Source: Candidatus Eiseniibacteriota bacterium
GTDB lineage: Bacteria; Eisenbacteria; RBG-16-71-46
Length of the DNA stretch: 64,000 bases
Assembly: GCA_031364845.1 (NCBI GenBank)
Contig: JANLWX010000156.1
Span: 1 to 64,000, forward strand
Reading direction: 5' to 3'
Position 1 is the stretch's first letter. Each line of letters opens with the position of its first letter. A model generated the notes under the pieces. The model was given only the letters and a program-made list of their open reading frames with translations, did no database searches and was not told where the DNA came from. Positions 21,554 to 31,831 of the stretch are shown in pieces. A program made the position numbers and the translations under genes.

Positions 21554-22116
21554 CTCACCATTTCACGCGACCGTACATACCCGAGACGTTCCCGCCGGGC
21601 GAAGACCGGCGTGCCGGTCGCGTTCGTGCTGGCTACGCGGCCCTCGCGATGGAGGCACGTCCCCGTGTAGAACGGCCGCGCGACCTTCTCGTACTCCTCG
21701 ACGCGCATCAGGACCACTTCATGATGGTTCCCGGCCTGGAAGAAAATGTCGCCTTCCTTGAGCAGGCAGGGATCGACGTACATCGGCATCCCGTACAACG
21801 CGCCGAACGGAGGCATGGCGCCGACCTCGCAATCGGGGAACAGTCGCTCCAGTTCCTGCTCGTCCTCGAGCCGCATCGCCTCACGACCCGTCACCTCGTG
21901 CAGCACATGGAAATCGAAATTCCGCGTGGCCGGGAGCACGACCATGAAGTCCTTCCCTTCGCCGTCCCGCACCACCACCACTTTCGCCAGCTGCCAGCCA
22001 CGAACCCGTGCGCTCTGCGCCACGTCGGGCGCGGTGTACGCTTCCGTGTGGGGAAGCACCGCATAGCTCGACCACGTCTGATCGAACACCCTCTGCAACC
22101 GAACATTGACTCCCAT
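21550..22116 (-). CDS. YbaK/EbsC family protein
   Basis: LAKVVVV; LFPDCEVGAMPPFG; FQAGNH. Confidence 0.92.
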   Translation of the reverse strand: MGVNVRLQRVFDQTWSSYAVLPHTEAYTAPDVAQSARVRGWQLAKVVVVRDGEGKDFMVVLPATRNFDFHVLHEVTGREAMRLEDEQELERLFPDCEVGAMPPFGALYGMPMYVDPCLLKEGDIFFQAGNHHEVVLMRVEEYEKVARPFYTGTCLHREGRVASTNATGTPVFARRERLGYVRSREMVR

Positions 22117-22246
22117 CGCCCCCTCCGGTGTGGGCGCTCGGTCGCCTTACCGTGACCGAACGCGTGTGGTGTCGCGGACCGGGCCGTGTGCTGCGCCCGA
22201 TGCATCCTTGTCGATGTCCATCAGCGCCCGCGACGGGTTGAATCCT

Positions 22247-22262
22247 TGCATCAGCTGTGCCC
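22247..22262 (-). promoter_or_regulatory. Candidate sigma-54 promoter for the ybaK-SLC13-HK-RR genes
   Basis: Minus strand GGGCACAGCTGATGCA (GG-N10-GC). Confidence 0.65.
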
Positions 22263-22282
22263 CCGCTTTGAGCAGCAACCGC

Positions 22283-23008
22283 TCACAGCGCTGGCGCCGC
22301 GGTGAGACGGAACTTCAGCAGCCGCGTGATCCACACTGCGACCGGCCGGTTGTTGCTGAGCGCCGGAGTGAAGACCCACATCCGCGCGGCATCGACCGCG
22401 GCGGCGTCGAGCATGGGAATCGAGGTGTCGACGTGCACCTTGGCGACACGGCCATCCTTGCCGATGAGCACCCGTAACAGCACGTCACCTTCGAGCTCGG
22501 CCTGGCGCGCGATCTCCGGGTAGTGCGGCGGCACATCCTTGACCAGCACCGGCAGTTCGTCCGCGTAAACGTATTCCCCGAGTTGCGGCAACTCGTCCCC
22601 GCTCGGAGGCTCGATGACGATCTCGCCGATTCCCCCCGCAGGGCCCGAACCGCTCGCGGACGAGATTTCCTGCTGGCTCGCGATCGTCTGCTCGGCGGGT
22701 GCTTCGGTATCGGGCACCGGAACCGGCATGCCGATGGCGGGAGTCGCGGCCGATGGCATCACCGCGATGACGGGCGGCGCGATGTTGTCCCGCAAAGGCG
22801 GAGGTGCCGCGATCTCGCGATACGGAACGAACACCCGCGTCTCGAGTTCCATGGTGCGTGGGCGGAGAATCATCGCGCCGAGCACCGCCGCGAACACGAT
22901 CATCCACAAGACCATGCTCGACATCGTCGCCCGGAACATGCGGCTGGTCGCGCTGCTGATCAGGTCCGGCGCCCCATAGGGCATGAAGCCATAGAGTGAG
23001 TGCGACAT
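22283..23008 (-). CDS. tonB: Energy transducer TonB family protein
   Basis: TM anchor, Pro-rich linker, YPEIARQAELEGDV...AARMWVFTPA. Confidence 0.9.
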   Translation of the reverse strand: MSHSLYGFMPYGAPDLISSATSRMFRATMSSMVLWMIVFAAVLGAMILRPRTMELETRVFVPYREIAAPPPLRDNIAPPVIAVMPSAATPAIGMPVPVPDTEAPAEQTIASQQEISSASGSGPAGGIGEIVIEPPSGDELPQLGEYVYADELPVLVKDVPPHYPEIARQAELEGDVLLRVLIGKDGRVAKVHVDTSIPMLDAAAVDAARMWVFTPALSNNRPVAVWITRLLKFRLTAAPAL

Positions 23009-23381
23009 GGCCGGCTCCTGTCGAGATCGGCTGCCTCGCGCCCCGCGTCCGCGACGTTGCGTGCGCGCGCCGTGGGCCGCCGACGCATACAGGCATGAAG
23101 CGTTCCGGGGACTCACAGGTTGCTCGGTCCCGGCGAACCCGCGCCGGATCGGCTTGCGACGCGATCGAGGGCGGCCCCAAGCGATCATCCAAAGTGAACC
23201 GGCTGCCACGCTGTCAGTAGCGCGACACGATCTGGCAGGAATCAGGCGGAGCTGCACCCGGCTTGATGCGCAACGCCGATTGACCGACCATGCCGAGTTC
23301 TGGATGTGGTGTTGCGTGTCGATCCTGACATTCCCGAACCATTGACGGCGCCGATAGTGGCCCTCGTCCCGGACACACTCT

Positions 23382-25013
23382 TTGCCCAAACCCTCGAAGA
23401 TTTCTAAGGCGACGCGTCCGGCTTCGCCTCCACGAGCGGCCGCGCAGGGCGAAGCGTCCCCCTGGACTTCGCTCGCCGTGGGTGCGGTGGCACTGCTGCT
23501 CTATCTGGCGATGTCACCGGGTGTCTACGGCAACAAGGACGCGAGCGAGTTGACGCTCGTGCTCGCCACCACCGGCGTGGCGCATCCGACCGGCTATCCT
23601 CTATACACACTCACCGGTTCTCTGTTCGTTCGGCTGATGCACGCGCTCGGCGCATCGTGGGCGTGGGCGGCCAACGCATTCAGCGCGCTCGGCGCCGCGG
23701 TCGCGATCGCGCTGTTGCATGCGACTGCCGCCCGGCTCCTGCAGCGTGCCGGGGTGTCCTCGCGCACGGCCGCACTGGGCGCACTGCTGCCGGCGGCGGC
23801 ATTCGGTCTGAATCCGGCGTGGATCGCCGAAGCCACGTTCGCGGAGGTGAACAGCTGGCATCTTGCGTGGACGGCTGTCGCGGCATGGGTTCTGGTCGAC
23901 GCGTGGTTCGCGGCGGATCGTCCCGACGATGGTCGCACCGTCCGTCGCGCCGCGATTTGGGGCTTCGTGGCGGGGCTCGGGCTCGCGCACCACGTGACGT
24001 CGGTGCTGACGATCGTGCCGTTTTCGATCGCGATGGTGCTTGCGCTTCGGGTGAAGCAGCACGTTTCGTGGCGTCATGGAATGATCGCACTCGCCTGCGC
24101 GGCGGTTCCACTCCTTTCGTACACCTACATCTTCTGGCGCGCGTTCAACCCGGCTGGAGTTCAATGGGAAGTGCTCGCTCCCAGTTTCGCGTCGGTGTTC
24201 CGGCATCTGACCGGTGCCGAGTACCGTGCGTACCTCGGGCAGTTCTCACCCGGCGGCGCGCAGGCGCGGATGCTCGCGACCGCGATCGTGCCGTGGCTCG
24301 CGCCATCGCTCGTCGTGATGGCGGTGTGGGTGTGGCGCGCGGGTGCGTGGCCGCGCGGCCTTCGTTACGCGCTCGCGGGGGCGGTCGTCGCCAACCTCGC
24401 GTATGCAGCTTCCTACGGCGTCGCCGATCCCACCAGCTACTTCCTGGCACCGCTCGCGCTGGCGCTGATCACCTTGCCGGCGGCGTGCGCAGCATGGAAG
24501 CCGCTGCGGCGCCACGCGTGGGTTGCCTTCGGCATCGCGCTGCTCGCGGTTGCGATTCCGTCGATCGCATCGATTCGCGAAGGCCTCGATCAACCGGCCG
24601 CGATCGGGCGCATCGATCGGATGCTGCGCCGGCTGTGGACCTCGATCCCCGCCGAGCGCGGTTTCGTCGTGTGGAACCACGACATGGCGTGGCGGTTGCG
24701 CGCCTACCAGATACTGGACGGCGAGAAGCCCGGACTCGAAGTGATGAACCCGCTGCTGTTCACGCATCGGTGGCCACGGCAGCGCTTCGAAGAGCGCCAT
24801 GGCTTCGATCCGGCTCCGGAGTCGGCGCTTCGCGCGCGCGCGGCATCACTTCGTCCCGCGACGCGCGCCGATCTCGACCGGATGACGTCCGAGACGATCG
24901 CCGGGGAGATCAACCGACACTCCGAGTTGCCCGTGTACGTCTTCATGCCCGAAGCAGGCATGACGCGGCTGTTGCCCAAGGCGGCGTCCGACTCCACGCG
25001 AACCCGGCCATGA
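23382..25013 (+). CDS. DUF2723 / TMEM260-like GT-C membrane glycosyltransferase
   Basis: DASEL...GVAHPTGYPLY; ATFAEVNS; GLGLAHH; multiple TMs. Confidence 0.88.
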   Translation: MPKPSKISKATRPASPPRAAAQGEASPWTSLAVGAVALLLYLAMSPGVYGNKDASELTLVLATTGVAHPTGYPLYTLTGSLFVRLMHALGASWAWAANAFSALGAAVAIALLHATAARLLQRAGVSSRTAALGALLPAAAFGLNPAWIAEATFAEVNSWHLAWTAVAAWVLVDAWFAADRPDDGRTVRRAAIWGFVAGLGLAHHVTSVLTIVPFSIAMVLALRVKQHVSWRHGMIALACAAVPLLSYTYIFWRAFNPAGVQWEVLAPSFASVFRHLTGAEYRAYLGQFSPGGAQARMLATAIVPWLAPSLVVMAVWVWRAGAWPRGLRYALAGAVVANLAYAASYGVADPTSYFLAPLALALITLPAACAAWKPLRRHAWVAFGIALLAVAIPSIASIREGLDQPAAIGRIDRMLRRLWTSIPAERGFVVWNHDMAWRLRAYQILDGEKPGLEVMNPLLFTHRWPRQRFEERHGFDPAPESALRARAASLRPATRADLDRMTSETIAGEINRHSELPVYVFMPEAGMTRLLPKAASDSTRTRP

Positions 25014-25080
25014 CGGTCGCCGGTCGTCACGCTTCGATCGTCCACAAACCCGTTCCACCTATTCATGAGGCCTTCGTGTC

Positions 25081-25866
25081 ATGACGCTCTCATCGCCTCC
25101 GGGAGATGCTCCCTCCGCGAATTGGAAGCCGCTCGCTCCGAACCTCCGCCGTGTGCTGGGTGTCCTGATCGAGAAGGCGAAGACGACTCCTGCCGCCTAT
25201 CCGATGACGGTCAACGCGATCGTCGCGGGCTGCAATCAGAAGAACAACCGCGAGCCGCTCACCACGCTCGATGACAACGACGTCGTGCTCGCGCTCAACG
25301 ACCTCGAAGCGCTGGGCGCCGCGAGCGAGGCCCCGATCGTCAGTCGCGCGGTCAAGTATCGCCATCATGCCTACGCGTGGCTCGGCGTGGATCGCAAGGA
25401 AATGGCCGTGATGACCGAGTTGCTGCTGCGCGGGGACCAGTCGATCGGCGATCTCCGCGGGCGCGCCGCGCGCATGGAACCGATCGCGGATCTCGTCGAA
25501 CTCAAACCGATCGTCGAAGGTCTTGTCGCGCGCGGATTGATGATCGAGCTGACGGCTCCGGGCCGCGGGCAGATCGTTTCGCACAATCTCTATAAAGAGC
25601 CCGAACTGGCGGCACTGCGGGCCCGCTACTCGGGACACGTCGCTCACGATGTCCACGTCGATGAGTCGCGTGAGACGCCTGCGCGCGCGATGTCACCGGT
25701 TTCGGGGGTGCCGCCGCGAGCCTCCGCCGAAACACTCCTCGGACCCGTGGCCCACGGGATGATCGAAACCCTTGCGGCAGAAATCCGCGAACTCAAGGCC
25801 GCAGTCACCCGCCTCGACCAGCGCGTCCGGGAACTCGAGTCCCGCACCGCGAAAGAACCGGGCTGA
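25081..25866 (+). CDS. DUF480 (YceH-like) protein
   Basis: RVLGVLIEKAKTTP.AYPMTVNA...CNQKNNREP; ELLLRGDQ. Confidence 0.92.
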   Translation: MTLSSPPGDAPSANWKPLAPNLRRVLGVLIEKAKTTPAAYPMTVNAIVAGCNQKNNREPLTTLDDNDVVLALNDLEALGAASEAPIVSRAVKYRHHAYAWLGVDRKEMAVMTELLLRGDQSIGDLRGRAARMEPIADLVELKPIVEGLVARGLMIELTAPGRGQIVSHNLYKEPELAALRARYSGHVAHDVHVDESRETPARAMSPVSGVPPRASAETLLGPVAHGMIETLAAEIRELKAAVTRLDQRVRELESRTAKEPG

Positions 25867-25982
25867 TTTGACGCCCGCGGTGGCGGCCGACGGCAACAAT
25901 TCTGTTTCCGCCGGTTGCCGTCCTGATACGATTGCGGTCGATCGCGAGATCCGGGCCCTGTTCCCTCCTCCGGAGGCCGTGT

Positions 25983-28900
25983 ATGAATCGTCCGCTTTCG
26001 TTTCGCTCGATCGTGTTGGTGAGCGCCCTCGTGACCGCCGCCGCGTGTTCCTTTGCCGCTGCCGGCCCCCGAACTTCCGCGAACGGAGCCCGCGCCGTTC
26101 CCACGCGCACCCACCTGATCGACGGCTCGCGCAAGATCGACATCAATCGCATCAACATGGTGGTCACGAATGTCGGATGGTTCGGGTTCGACGTGAATGG
26201 GTTCGCGTCGGGTCTCTACTACCCCAAGGGCGATCCGACGACGGCCCTGTTCGCGGGCGGCCTGTGGCTCGGGGTCGAGAACCCGACGCGCGTGACCGTC
26301 GCGGAATACTCCTCCGAGTACGGCCCCGGCCGCGTCCTCGCGCCGGGTATTCCCGAGGACCCGAATCATCCGGATCTCATCGTGTACAAGGTGAAGCGCT
26401 GGACCGGCATCGATTCGGACTCGGCGCATGTAGATCGCACTCCGGCGGAACTCCTCGCCGACCCGACGCTCGACCCTCTCGCGCACCATTCATGGAGCGA
26501 GTACCTCGCCGGGGCAGCATCGCGGGGCGCACCGGTTCGCATCTATCGATTGCCACAGACCTCGACACCGGCACCCGACGACTCGGTCGACGTTCCGGGA
26601 CCGGATGTCTCGGGTGATCAGATGCTGTGGAGCGTGTACAACGACTCCGACCCGGCGCTTCACAACAACAATGCCGGACGGACGACGCCGCTCGGCGTCG
26701 AGGTCCAGCAGACGACGTTCGCGTTCGATCGTCCCGGGCCGATCGCGGATGCCGTCTTCGTGCGATACCGATTGATTCATCGGGGCACCTCCGTACTAGG
26801 AGTCCTGCGTCCGGGCATCTGGACCGATCCCGACATCGGAGGATCCACCGACGATCTCGTGGGCAGCGATGTCGCGCGCAACATGGGCGTCGCGTACAAC
26901 GCCGACGATGCGGACGACCTCTACGGATCGAACCCGCCCGCGATCGGGATCCGCCTGCTCGACCGGCCGATGCACGCGTTCACGCGCTACATCAACGGAA
27001 CCGATCCTTCCGACGCCGGCGAGTCGATGAACTATCTGAAGGGGCTTGATGCCGACGGTGCGCCGATCATCGATCCGATCACTCAGACTGAGACTCGATA
27101 CATGTACTCGGGCGATCCGGTCACCGGTGCCGGCTGGCTCGACGATGTGCCGCTGGACAAACGCATGCTCGTCGCCGCGCTGCTGCCGCAGATGTCGCCC
27201 GGCGATACGGCCGCGTTCACGATGGCGATCGTGGCTGGGCAGGACCTGAACCTGCTCGCGGGGATCAGCGACCTGCGTTGCAACGCGGACTTCGCGCAGC
27301 AGTCCTTCGCCGGCGGATTCGCGGTGCTGCAACCCGATCCCGAGACGCCGTGCGTCGCGGCGACGGTGTGCGGCCGCCCCCTCGTATTCTGGCAGGACCA
27401 GTGCGCCGGAGGCGGCATCGACCTGTCGCAGATTCAGGGGATCACGCAGCAGGCCGATGCGCAGTCTTCCTTCTTCGACTGGAACAACAACGCTGAGGAG
27501 TTCTGCACGACGCTCCAGTCGTCGGGATCGGATCTCCGCAGCCAGGCGAAGCGTGAGTACGCGGCACTGCTCGCCAATGTGATGGCCGCTCGGCTCGGCA
27601 TCGACGATGTCGAAGGCAATCCGATCCTCATGAGCCCGCAGACGCCGGTGAATTGCCCGGGCGTCCAGGGCTCCACAATTGCCGACCTCATTCGTCCCGG
27701 CTTTCGCGATTCATTCCTGACGGCGGTCACCTATGTGAATGCGAACTTCGACCATCCGCGCGCGCTGGAGGGCGTCGACTTCGGGCTGGCGCAATTCGGC
27801 GGTGGCGCGGGATACGGCATCGACTTCCTCGGCAGCACGCTCGACCCGAACACGAACCCCGGTCCGTTCCGGTCGCTCGAGTTGCGCTTCACCAACATTC
27901 CGCAGAAGGCCTATCGCTATCTGCGCCATGAGCGGGCGTCGGACGGTACCGCGCCGCCGCTCGGTCGGCGATACACGTATGCCGGTTTTCGCGACGTCGT
28001 GTTTCAGGTTTGGGATGTCGATCGGGGTGTTGCGCTCGACGCCGCGTTCGTCGAGCGCGTCCTCACCGACGATGACGGGACGATCCTGCCGTCCGCGCTT
28101 CAGCCCGCGACATTCGACTCGACGTGGGCGCCGGACGACTCTCCGGTCGGCTCGCGCGAGTATCTGATGCTGCTCGATCACGACTACACCGGTTTCCCAG
28201 ATCCGTCGTTCGAACTCGACGATCAGCTCAACCACGGATTGTTCCCGGTTCTCTACGCGCTCGCGGCCAAGCTGCGGACTCCGGACTCGGTGATCGATCC
28301 GGGCGATCACATCCGGTTCGATTGGGGGCTGCCCGCGGTCTCAAGCGTCGATCAGATGATGATCAGTCTGGAGTCGCGTTCGCTGGCGGATCCGGACGTG
28401 CAATCGGCTTACAACGTGATCGCCGCATGCCTCGCCGGCCTGAATTCGTTGTGCGACAAACCGACTTCGACCCTCGCCTCGCTCATCGGTGCGACCTCCA
28501 CGCCGGAAGCGGTCGAGTTGGCGTGGTATGCGCCCTCGTTCACGAGCGCACGCGTTCAGCGCGCAGAGCCGGGAACCGGCTGGACCACGCAGGCCACGAT
28601 CACACGCGACGGATCGAGCGTGATGGCGTGGACGGATCGAGCGATCGTCGCGGGTTCGCGCTACGGTTATCGGCTGGCGGACGACACGGGACGCGTGCAT
28701 GTCGAGACGTGGGTGGACGTGCCGACCCGGCACCGGCTGGCACTCGCGGGCATGCGGCCGCATCCGGCCGTCGCCGGAGCGCTCGTGGTCCTGAGCCTTC
28801 CGCGGCGCGCCCCCGCGCGCCTCGAGGTGATCGACATCGCGGGACGGCGCGTGGTCACGCGCGAGGTCGGTGCGCTCGGACCCGGCACGCACTCGCTGCG

Positions 28901-28997
28901 GATCGGCGAACTCGACCGGCTCCCGGCGGGGGTCTATATGATGCGGCTCCAGCAAGGCGGCGAGTCGGTGAGCGGCCGAATGGTGCGCGTGCGCTGA
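25983..28997 (+). CDS. Large secreted protein with Ig-like and T9SS/FlgD-type C-terminal domains
   Basis: Signal peptide; IDINRINMVVTNVG...GLYYPKG...AGGLWLG N-domain; EVIDIAGRRV...AGVYMMRL. Confidence 0.85.
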   Translation: MNRPLSFRSIVLVSALVTAAACSFAAAGPRTSANGARAVPTRTHLIDGSRKIDINRINMVVTNVGWFGFDVNGFASGLYYPKGDPTTALFAGGLWLGVENPTRVTVAEYSSEYGPGRVLAPGIPEDPNHPDLIVYKVKRWTGIDSDSAHVDRTPAELLADPTLDPLAHHSWSEYLAGAASRGAPVRIYRLPQTSTPAPDDSVDVPGPDVSGDQMLWSVYNDSDPALHNNNAGRTTPLGVEVQQTTFAFDRPGPIADAVFVRYRLIHRGTSVLGVLRPGIWTDPDIGGSTDDLVGSDVARNMGVAYNADDADDLYGSNPPAIGIRLLDRPMHAFTRYINGTDPSDAGESMNYLKGLDADGAPIIDPITQTETRYMYSGDPVTGAGWLDDVPLDKRMLVAALLPQMSPGDTAAFTMAIVAGQDLNLLAGISDLRCNADFAQQSFAGGFAVLQPDPETPCVAATVCGRPLVFWQDQCAGGGIDLSQIQGITQQADAQSSFFDWNNNAEEFCTTLQSSGSDLRSQAKREYAALLANVMAARLGIDDVEGNPILMSPQTPVNCPGVQGSTIADLIRPGFRDSFLTAVTYVNANFDHPRALEGVDFGLAQFGGGAGYGIDFLGSTLDPNTNPGPFRSLELRFTNIPQKAYRYLRHERASDGTAPPLGRRYTYAGFRDVVFQVWDVDRGVALDAAFVERVLTDDDGTILPSALQPATFDSTWAPDDSPVGSREYLMLLDHDYTGFPDPSFELDDQLNHGLFPVLYALAAKLRTPDSVIDPGDHIRFDWGLPAVSSVDQMMISLESRSLADPDVQSAYNVIAACLAGLNSLCDKPTSTLASLIGATSTPEAVELAWYAPSFTSARVQRAEPGTGWTTQATITRDGSSVMAWTDRAIVAGSRYGYRLADDTGRVHVETWVDVPTRHRLALAGMRPHPAVAGALVVLSLPRRAPARLEVIDIAGRRVVTREVGALGPGTHSLRIGELDRLPAGVYMMRLQQGGESVSGRMVRVR

Positions 28998-29008
28998 GCA
29001 CGCGTGGA

Positions 29009-30277
29009 TCAGGGAACGAGCACCGCTGCGATGGCGTCGACGGCGGTGCTCGTTCCATGCTCGGCGCGCACCTGTTCGCCCACACTGGCCGCGCGCGCGC
29101 GCATTCCGTCGTCGCTCATCAGCAGTCCGAGTTCACGCTGCATGGCTCCCGCGCTCGCTGCCTTGCGGCCGAGGATGCGCGCGACTCCGAGATGCGAGCA
29201 CCGCCATGCATTGTCGGGCTGATCGTGGCTGAAGGGCACGATCAGGCTCGGGCGGCCCGAGCGCAGCGCCTGCCCGGTGGTTCCGATGCCGCCCTGATGG
29301 ACGATCGCCGCGGCGCGCGCGAACAGTTCCGAGTGCGGCGCATAGTCGACGGCCACCACGCCATCGGGCAGTGAGGCCGGCAGGTTGCCCGTGTCGGGGC
29401 CGGTGAGCAGCACGGCCCTCACGCCAAGCGCGCGCGCGGCTGCGGCGGCCGAACCGAAGAACTCTCCCGCGTCCCACACGCCCGATGACCCGAGCGTGAA
29501 CACCACCGGCGCAGATCCCGCGTTAAGGAATGCTTCGAGTGCCGCCGACATGCCTCCGCCTTTTTCGTCGCGGTCGTAAAGTGGAAACCCGGTGGCGATC
29601 GTGTTCGCCGGCCAGTCGGGTTGCGGCGGGGCGAATACAGGCGAGAACAGCGCCAGGTTGAGAAGCGGCGAGTAGCCATCGATGAGCGGATGCGCGGGTG
29701 ATGGCGGAAGCCCCGCCGCCGCGCGCGCCTCGTCGACCGAACGCGCCCAGTGGCGTGTCGCCAGGCGCGCCATCTTCCACAGCACGTTCCATACGCCGGG
29801 ACCCAGGCGATAGGTCCAGGGGATCGCGGAGAACGCCGGCACGCGCGGCGGATCATAGGAGGAGAACAGCGTCATCGGTTGCAGCATGGTGTGGACGCGC
29901 GGGATTCCAAACTTCTCGGCCACGATCGGGGCGGCGAACGTGAGCATGTGCCCCACGATCGCGTCCGCGCCGGCGCACGCGTCGCTCAGATCCTCATAGG
30001 ACTGGCGCACGAACGGCAGCACCATGTGCCGGGCGACGTATTCGCTCCCCCGGTCCGGATCCATCGCGCGCCGCATGACGGTTGGCAGATCGCCGAACTC
30101 CGTGAGGTCGGGCCGCACGGGCCGGAACTCAAGCCCCGCTTCCTCGACGCGAGCCTGGTATATGGAATGGGTCGCGATCACGGGACGGTGGCCTCGGACG
30201 GCGAGCTCGCGAGCGAGCGCGACATAAGGATGGAGGTCGCCGAGGGTTCCGATGGTGGTGAGAACGATACGAAGCAT
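29009..30277 (-). CDS. GT1 family glycosyltransferase (RhlB-like)
   Basis: GTLGDLHP; VFTLGS; PHSELF..AAAIVHQGGIGT; PFSHDQPDNA. Confidence 0.93.
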   Translation of the reverse strand: MLRIVLTTIGTLGDLHPYVALARELAVRGHRPVIATHSIYQARVEEAGLEFRPVRPDLTEFGDLPTVMRRAMDPDRGSEYVARHMVLPFVRQSYEDLSDACAGADAIVGHMLTFAAPIVAEKFGIPRVHTMLQPMTLFSSYDPPRVPAFSAIPWTYRLGPGVWNVLWKMARLATRHWARSVDEARAAAGLPPSPAHPLIDGYSPLLNLALFSPVFAPPQPDWPANTIATGFPLYDRDEKGGGMSAALEAFLNAGSAPVVFTLGSSGVWDAGEFFGSAAAAARALGVRAVLLTGPDTGNLPASLPDGVVAVDYAPHSELFARAAAIVHQGGIGTTGQALRSGRPSLIVPFSHDQPDNAWRCSHLGVARILGRKAASAGAMQRELGLLMSDDGMRARAASVGEQVRAEHGTSTAVDAIAAVLVP

Positions 30278-30322
30278 GGGCCGCGACCTTAGCGGACCGG
30301 CACGCGCAGCGCACCATGTTCG

Positions 30323-30338
30323 CGGCGCGACCCTTGCA
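30323..30338 (+). promoter_or_regulatory. Candidate sigma-54 promoter upstream of the LPXTA-sortase pair
   Basis: CGGCGCGACCCTTGCA (GG-N10-GC); a second match CGGCACGCGCAGCGCA at 30298; both over 220 bp from the start. Confidence 0.4.
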
Positions 30339-30561
30339 GAGGCAGGTTGCGGAACCGATAGCCTGGCTGAAGGCCACGCGTAACTGCTTGCAGGAGCGTG
30401 TGCGGCCGGGGGCACGGGAGTCTGCGATGTAGAGTCCGAGCATCCGCACTGGAAGAAACTACACGAAGGTTGCTCAGGAGAATCAGAAGCGCGGACTCTC
30501 GAAGCACTCGATCGCGGCGTCGGCCGTTCGAATCACTGGTCATCAACTCGAGGAGGCAAAC

Positions 30562-31221
30562 ATGTCCCGCATTACCCTCGCCGTGGCGGGCGTTCTGGCA
30601 GTTTTCTGTGCAGCGCCCTCATTTGCAGAAGTCGTCAATCTTCAGCCCGTGACACCGATCAAGCGCGTGGAGCCGGTCGTGCTCGGCTACGCCTCCGAAG
30701 TGGGAACGCACACGCTGCGCGTCGATGTTCCGAGCGCTGAGGCGATGACGTTCGAATTCGACTCGCGCACAGTGATGCCGCGAGAACTCCAGAGCGGCAC
30801 GCCGGTCCGGATCGACTTCAGGATTCTCGACAACGGAATGCACTTCGCGAACCGCGTGACGCCGATCCTGCCGGGTAGCAACGACTGGCGGGCCATCCAG
30901 GACATGCGCACGTCCCAGTCGATGACCACCGAGCCGGCCTCGCAGACGTACGTCACCGAACAGACCACGATCACCGAACCCGTGACGATGCAGACCACCA
31001 CCACGACGACCGCAACCGACGTCACGACGACCTCGACGCCGGTCGAGACCGAAGCGACGCCTGCAACCGCGACCGACAACGTTCTCGTGTCGGGTGATGC
31101 CGACCGTGCCGACCGGCTCCCGCAGACGGCGAGCGAACTGCCGCTGTTGCTGACCCTCGGAGCGGCTTCGATCGCCGGAGCCATTGCGCTTTCGATCCGT
31201 CGCCGGCGCAACGCTTCGTAA
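30562..31221 (+). CDS. Sortase substrate with LPXTA anchor
   Basis: GAGGAGG RBS; signal peptide; small beta domain; Thr-rich linker; LPQTA, TM and RRRRN tail. Confidence 0.88.
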   Translation: MSRITLAVAGVLAVFCAAPSFAEVVNLQPVTPIKRVEPVVLGYASEVGTHTLRVDVPSAEAMTFEFDSRTVMPRELQSGTPVRIDFRILDNGMHFANRVTPILPGSNDWRAIQDMRTSQSMTTEPASQTYVTEQTTITEPVTMQTTTTTTATDVTTTSTPVETEATPATATDNVLVSGDADRADRLPQTASELPLLLTLGAASIAGAIALSIRRRRNAS

Positions 31222-31231
31222 GGAATCACCG

Positions 31232-31822
31232 GTGAAACTGTGGAACGGGCCGGCGACAGGAGTGATCGAGAGATTGCTCCTGCTCGTCGGCGTGCTCATG
31301 CTCGGACGCTGGTGGATGGTGACCCAGGAGGCCCGCGCGTTCCAGACTTGGGCGGCCGCCGTCGTGGACTCACTTCCCGGCGATCGCCCGCACCGGAATT
31401 TTGAGCATGAGATTGTCGGGCGCATCCTGATCCCGCGGCTCAACTCCTCGACGCTGATCGCCGAGGGCGTGTCCGTACCGACTCTGCGCCGGGCTGTCGG
31501 CCACATTCCGACGTCGGCGCTTCCGGGCGAACCCGGCAACGTGGTGCTCGCTGCCCATCGCGACACGTACTTCAAAGGGCTCGGCAAGTTGCGGCGCGGC
31601 GATATCGTGCGGCTGCAGACGCGGGCCCGGACTTATCGCTACCAGATCGAACAGACGCAGGTGGTGGATGCCGACGCGGTCGAAGTGATGCGCCCCACGC
31701 GAAGTCCCTCGCTCACACTGGTGACCTGCTATCCGTTCGGGACCCTGGGACCCGCCCCGCGCCGCTACATCGTGCGGGCGCGTCTGGCCGGCTGGGAATC
31801 CGACGTGCTCGCGCAGCGCTGA
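31232..31822 (+). CDS. Class D sortase
   Basis: N-terminal TM; GNVVLAAHRDTYF; LTLVTCYPF; RYIVRA. Confidence 0.95.
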   Translation: MKLWNGPATGVIERLLLLVGVLMLGRWWMVTQEARAFQTWAAAVVDSLPGDRPHRNFEHEIVGRILIPRLNSSTLIAEGVSVPTLRRAVGHIPTSALPGEPGNVVLAAHRDTYFKGLGKLRRGDIVRLQTRARTYRYQIEQTQVVDADAVEVMRPTRSPSLTLVTCYPFGTLGPAPRRYIVRARLAGWESDVLAQR

Positions 31823-31831
31823 CGCACGGCG

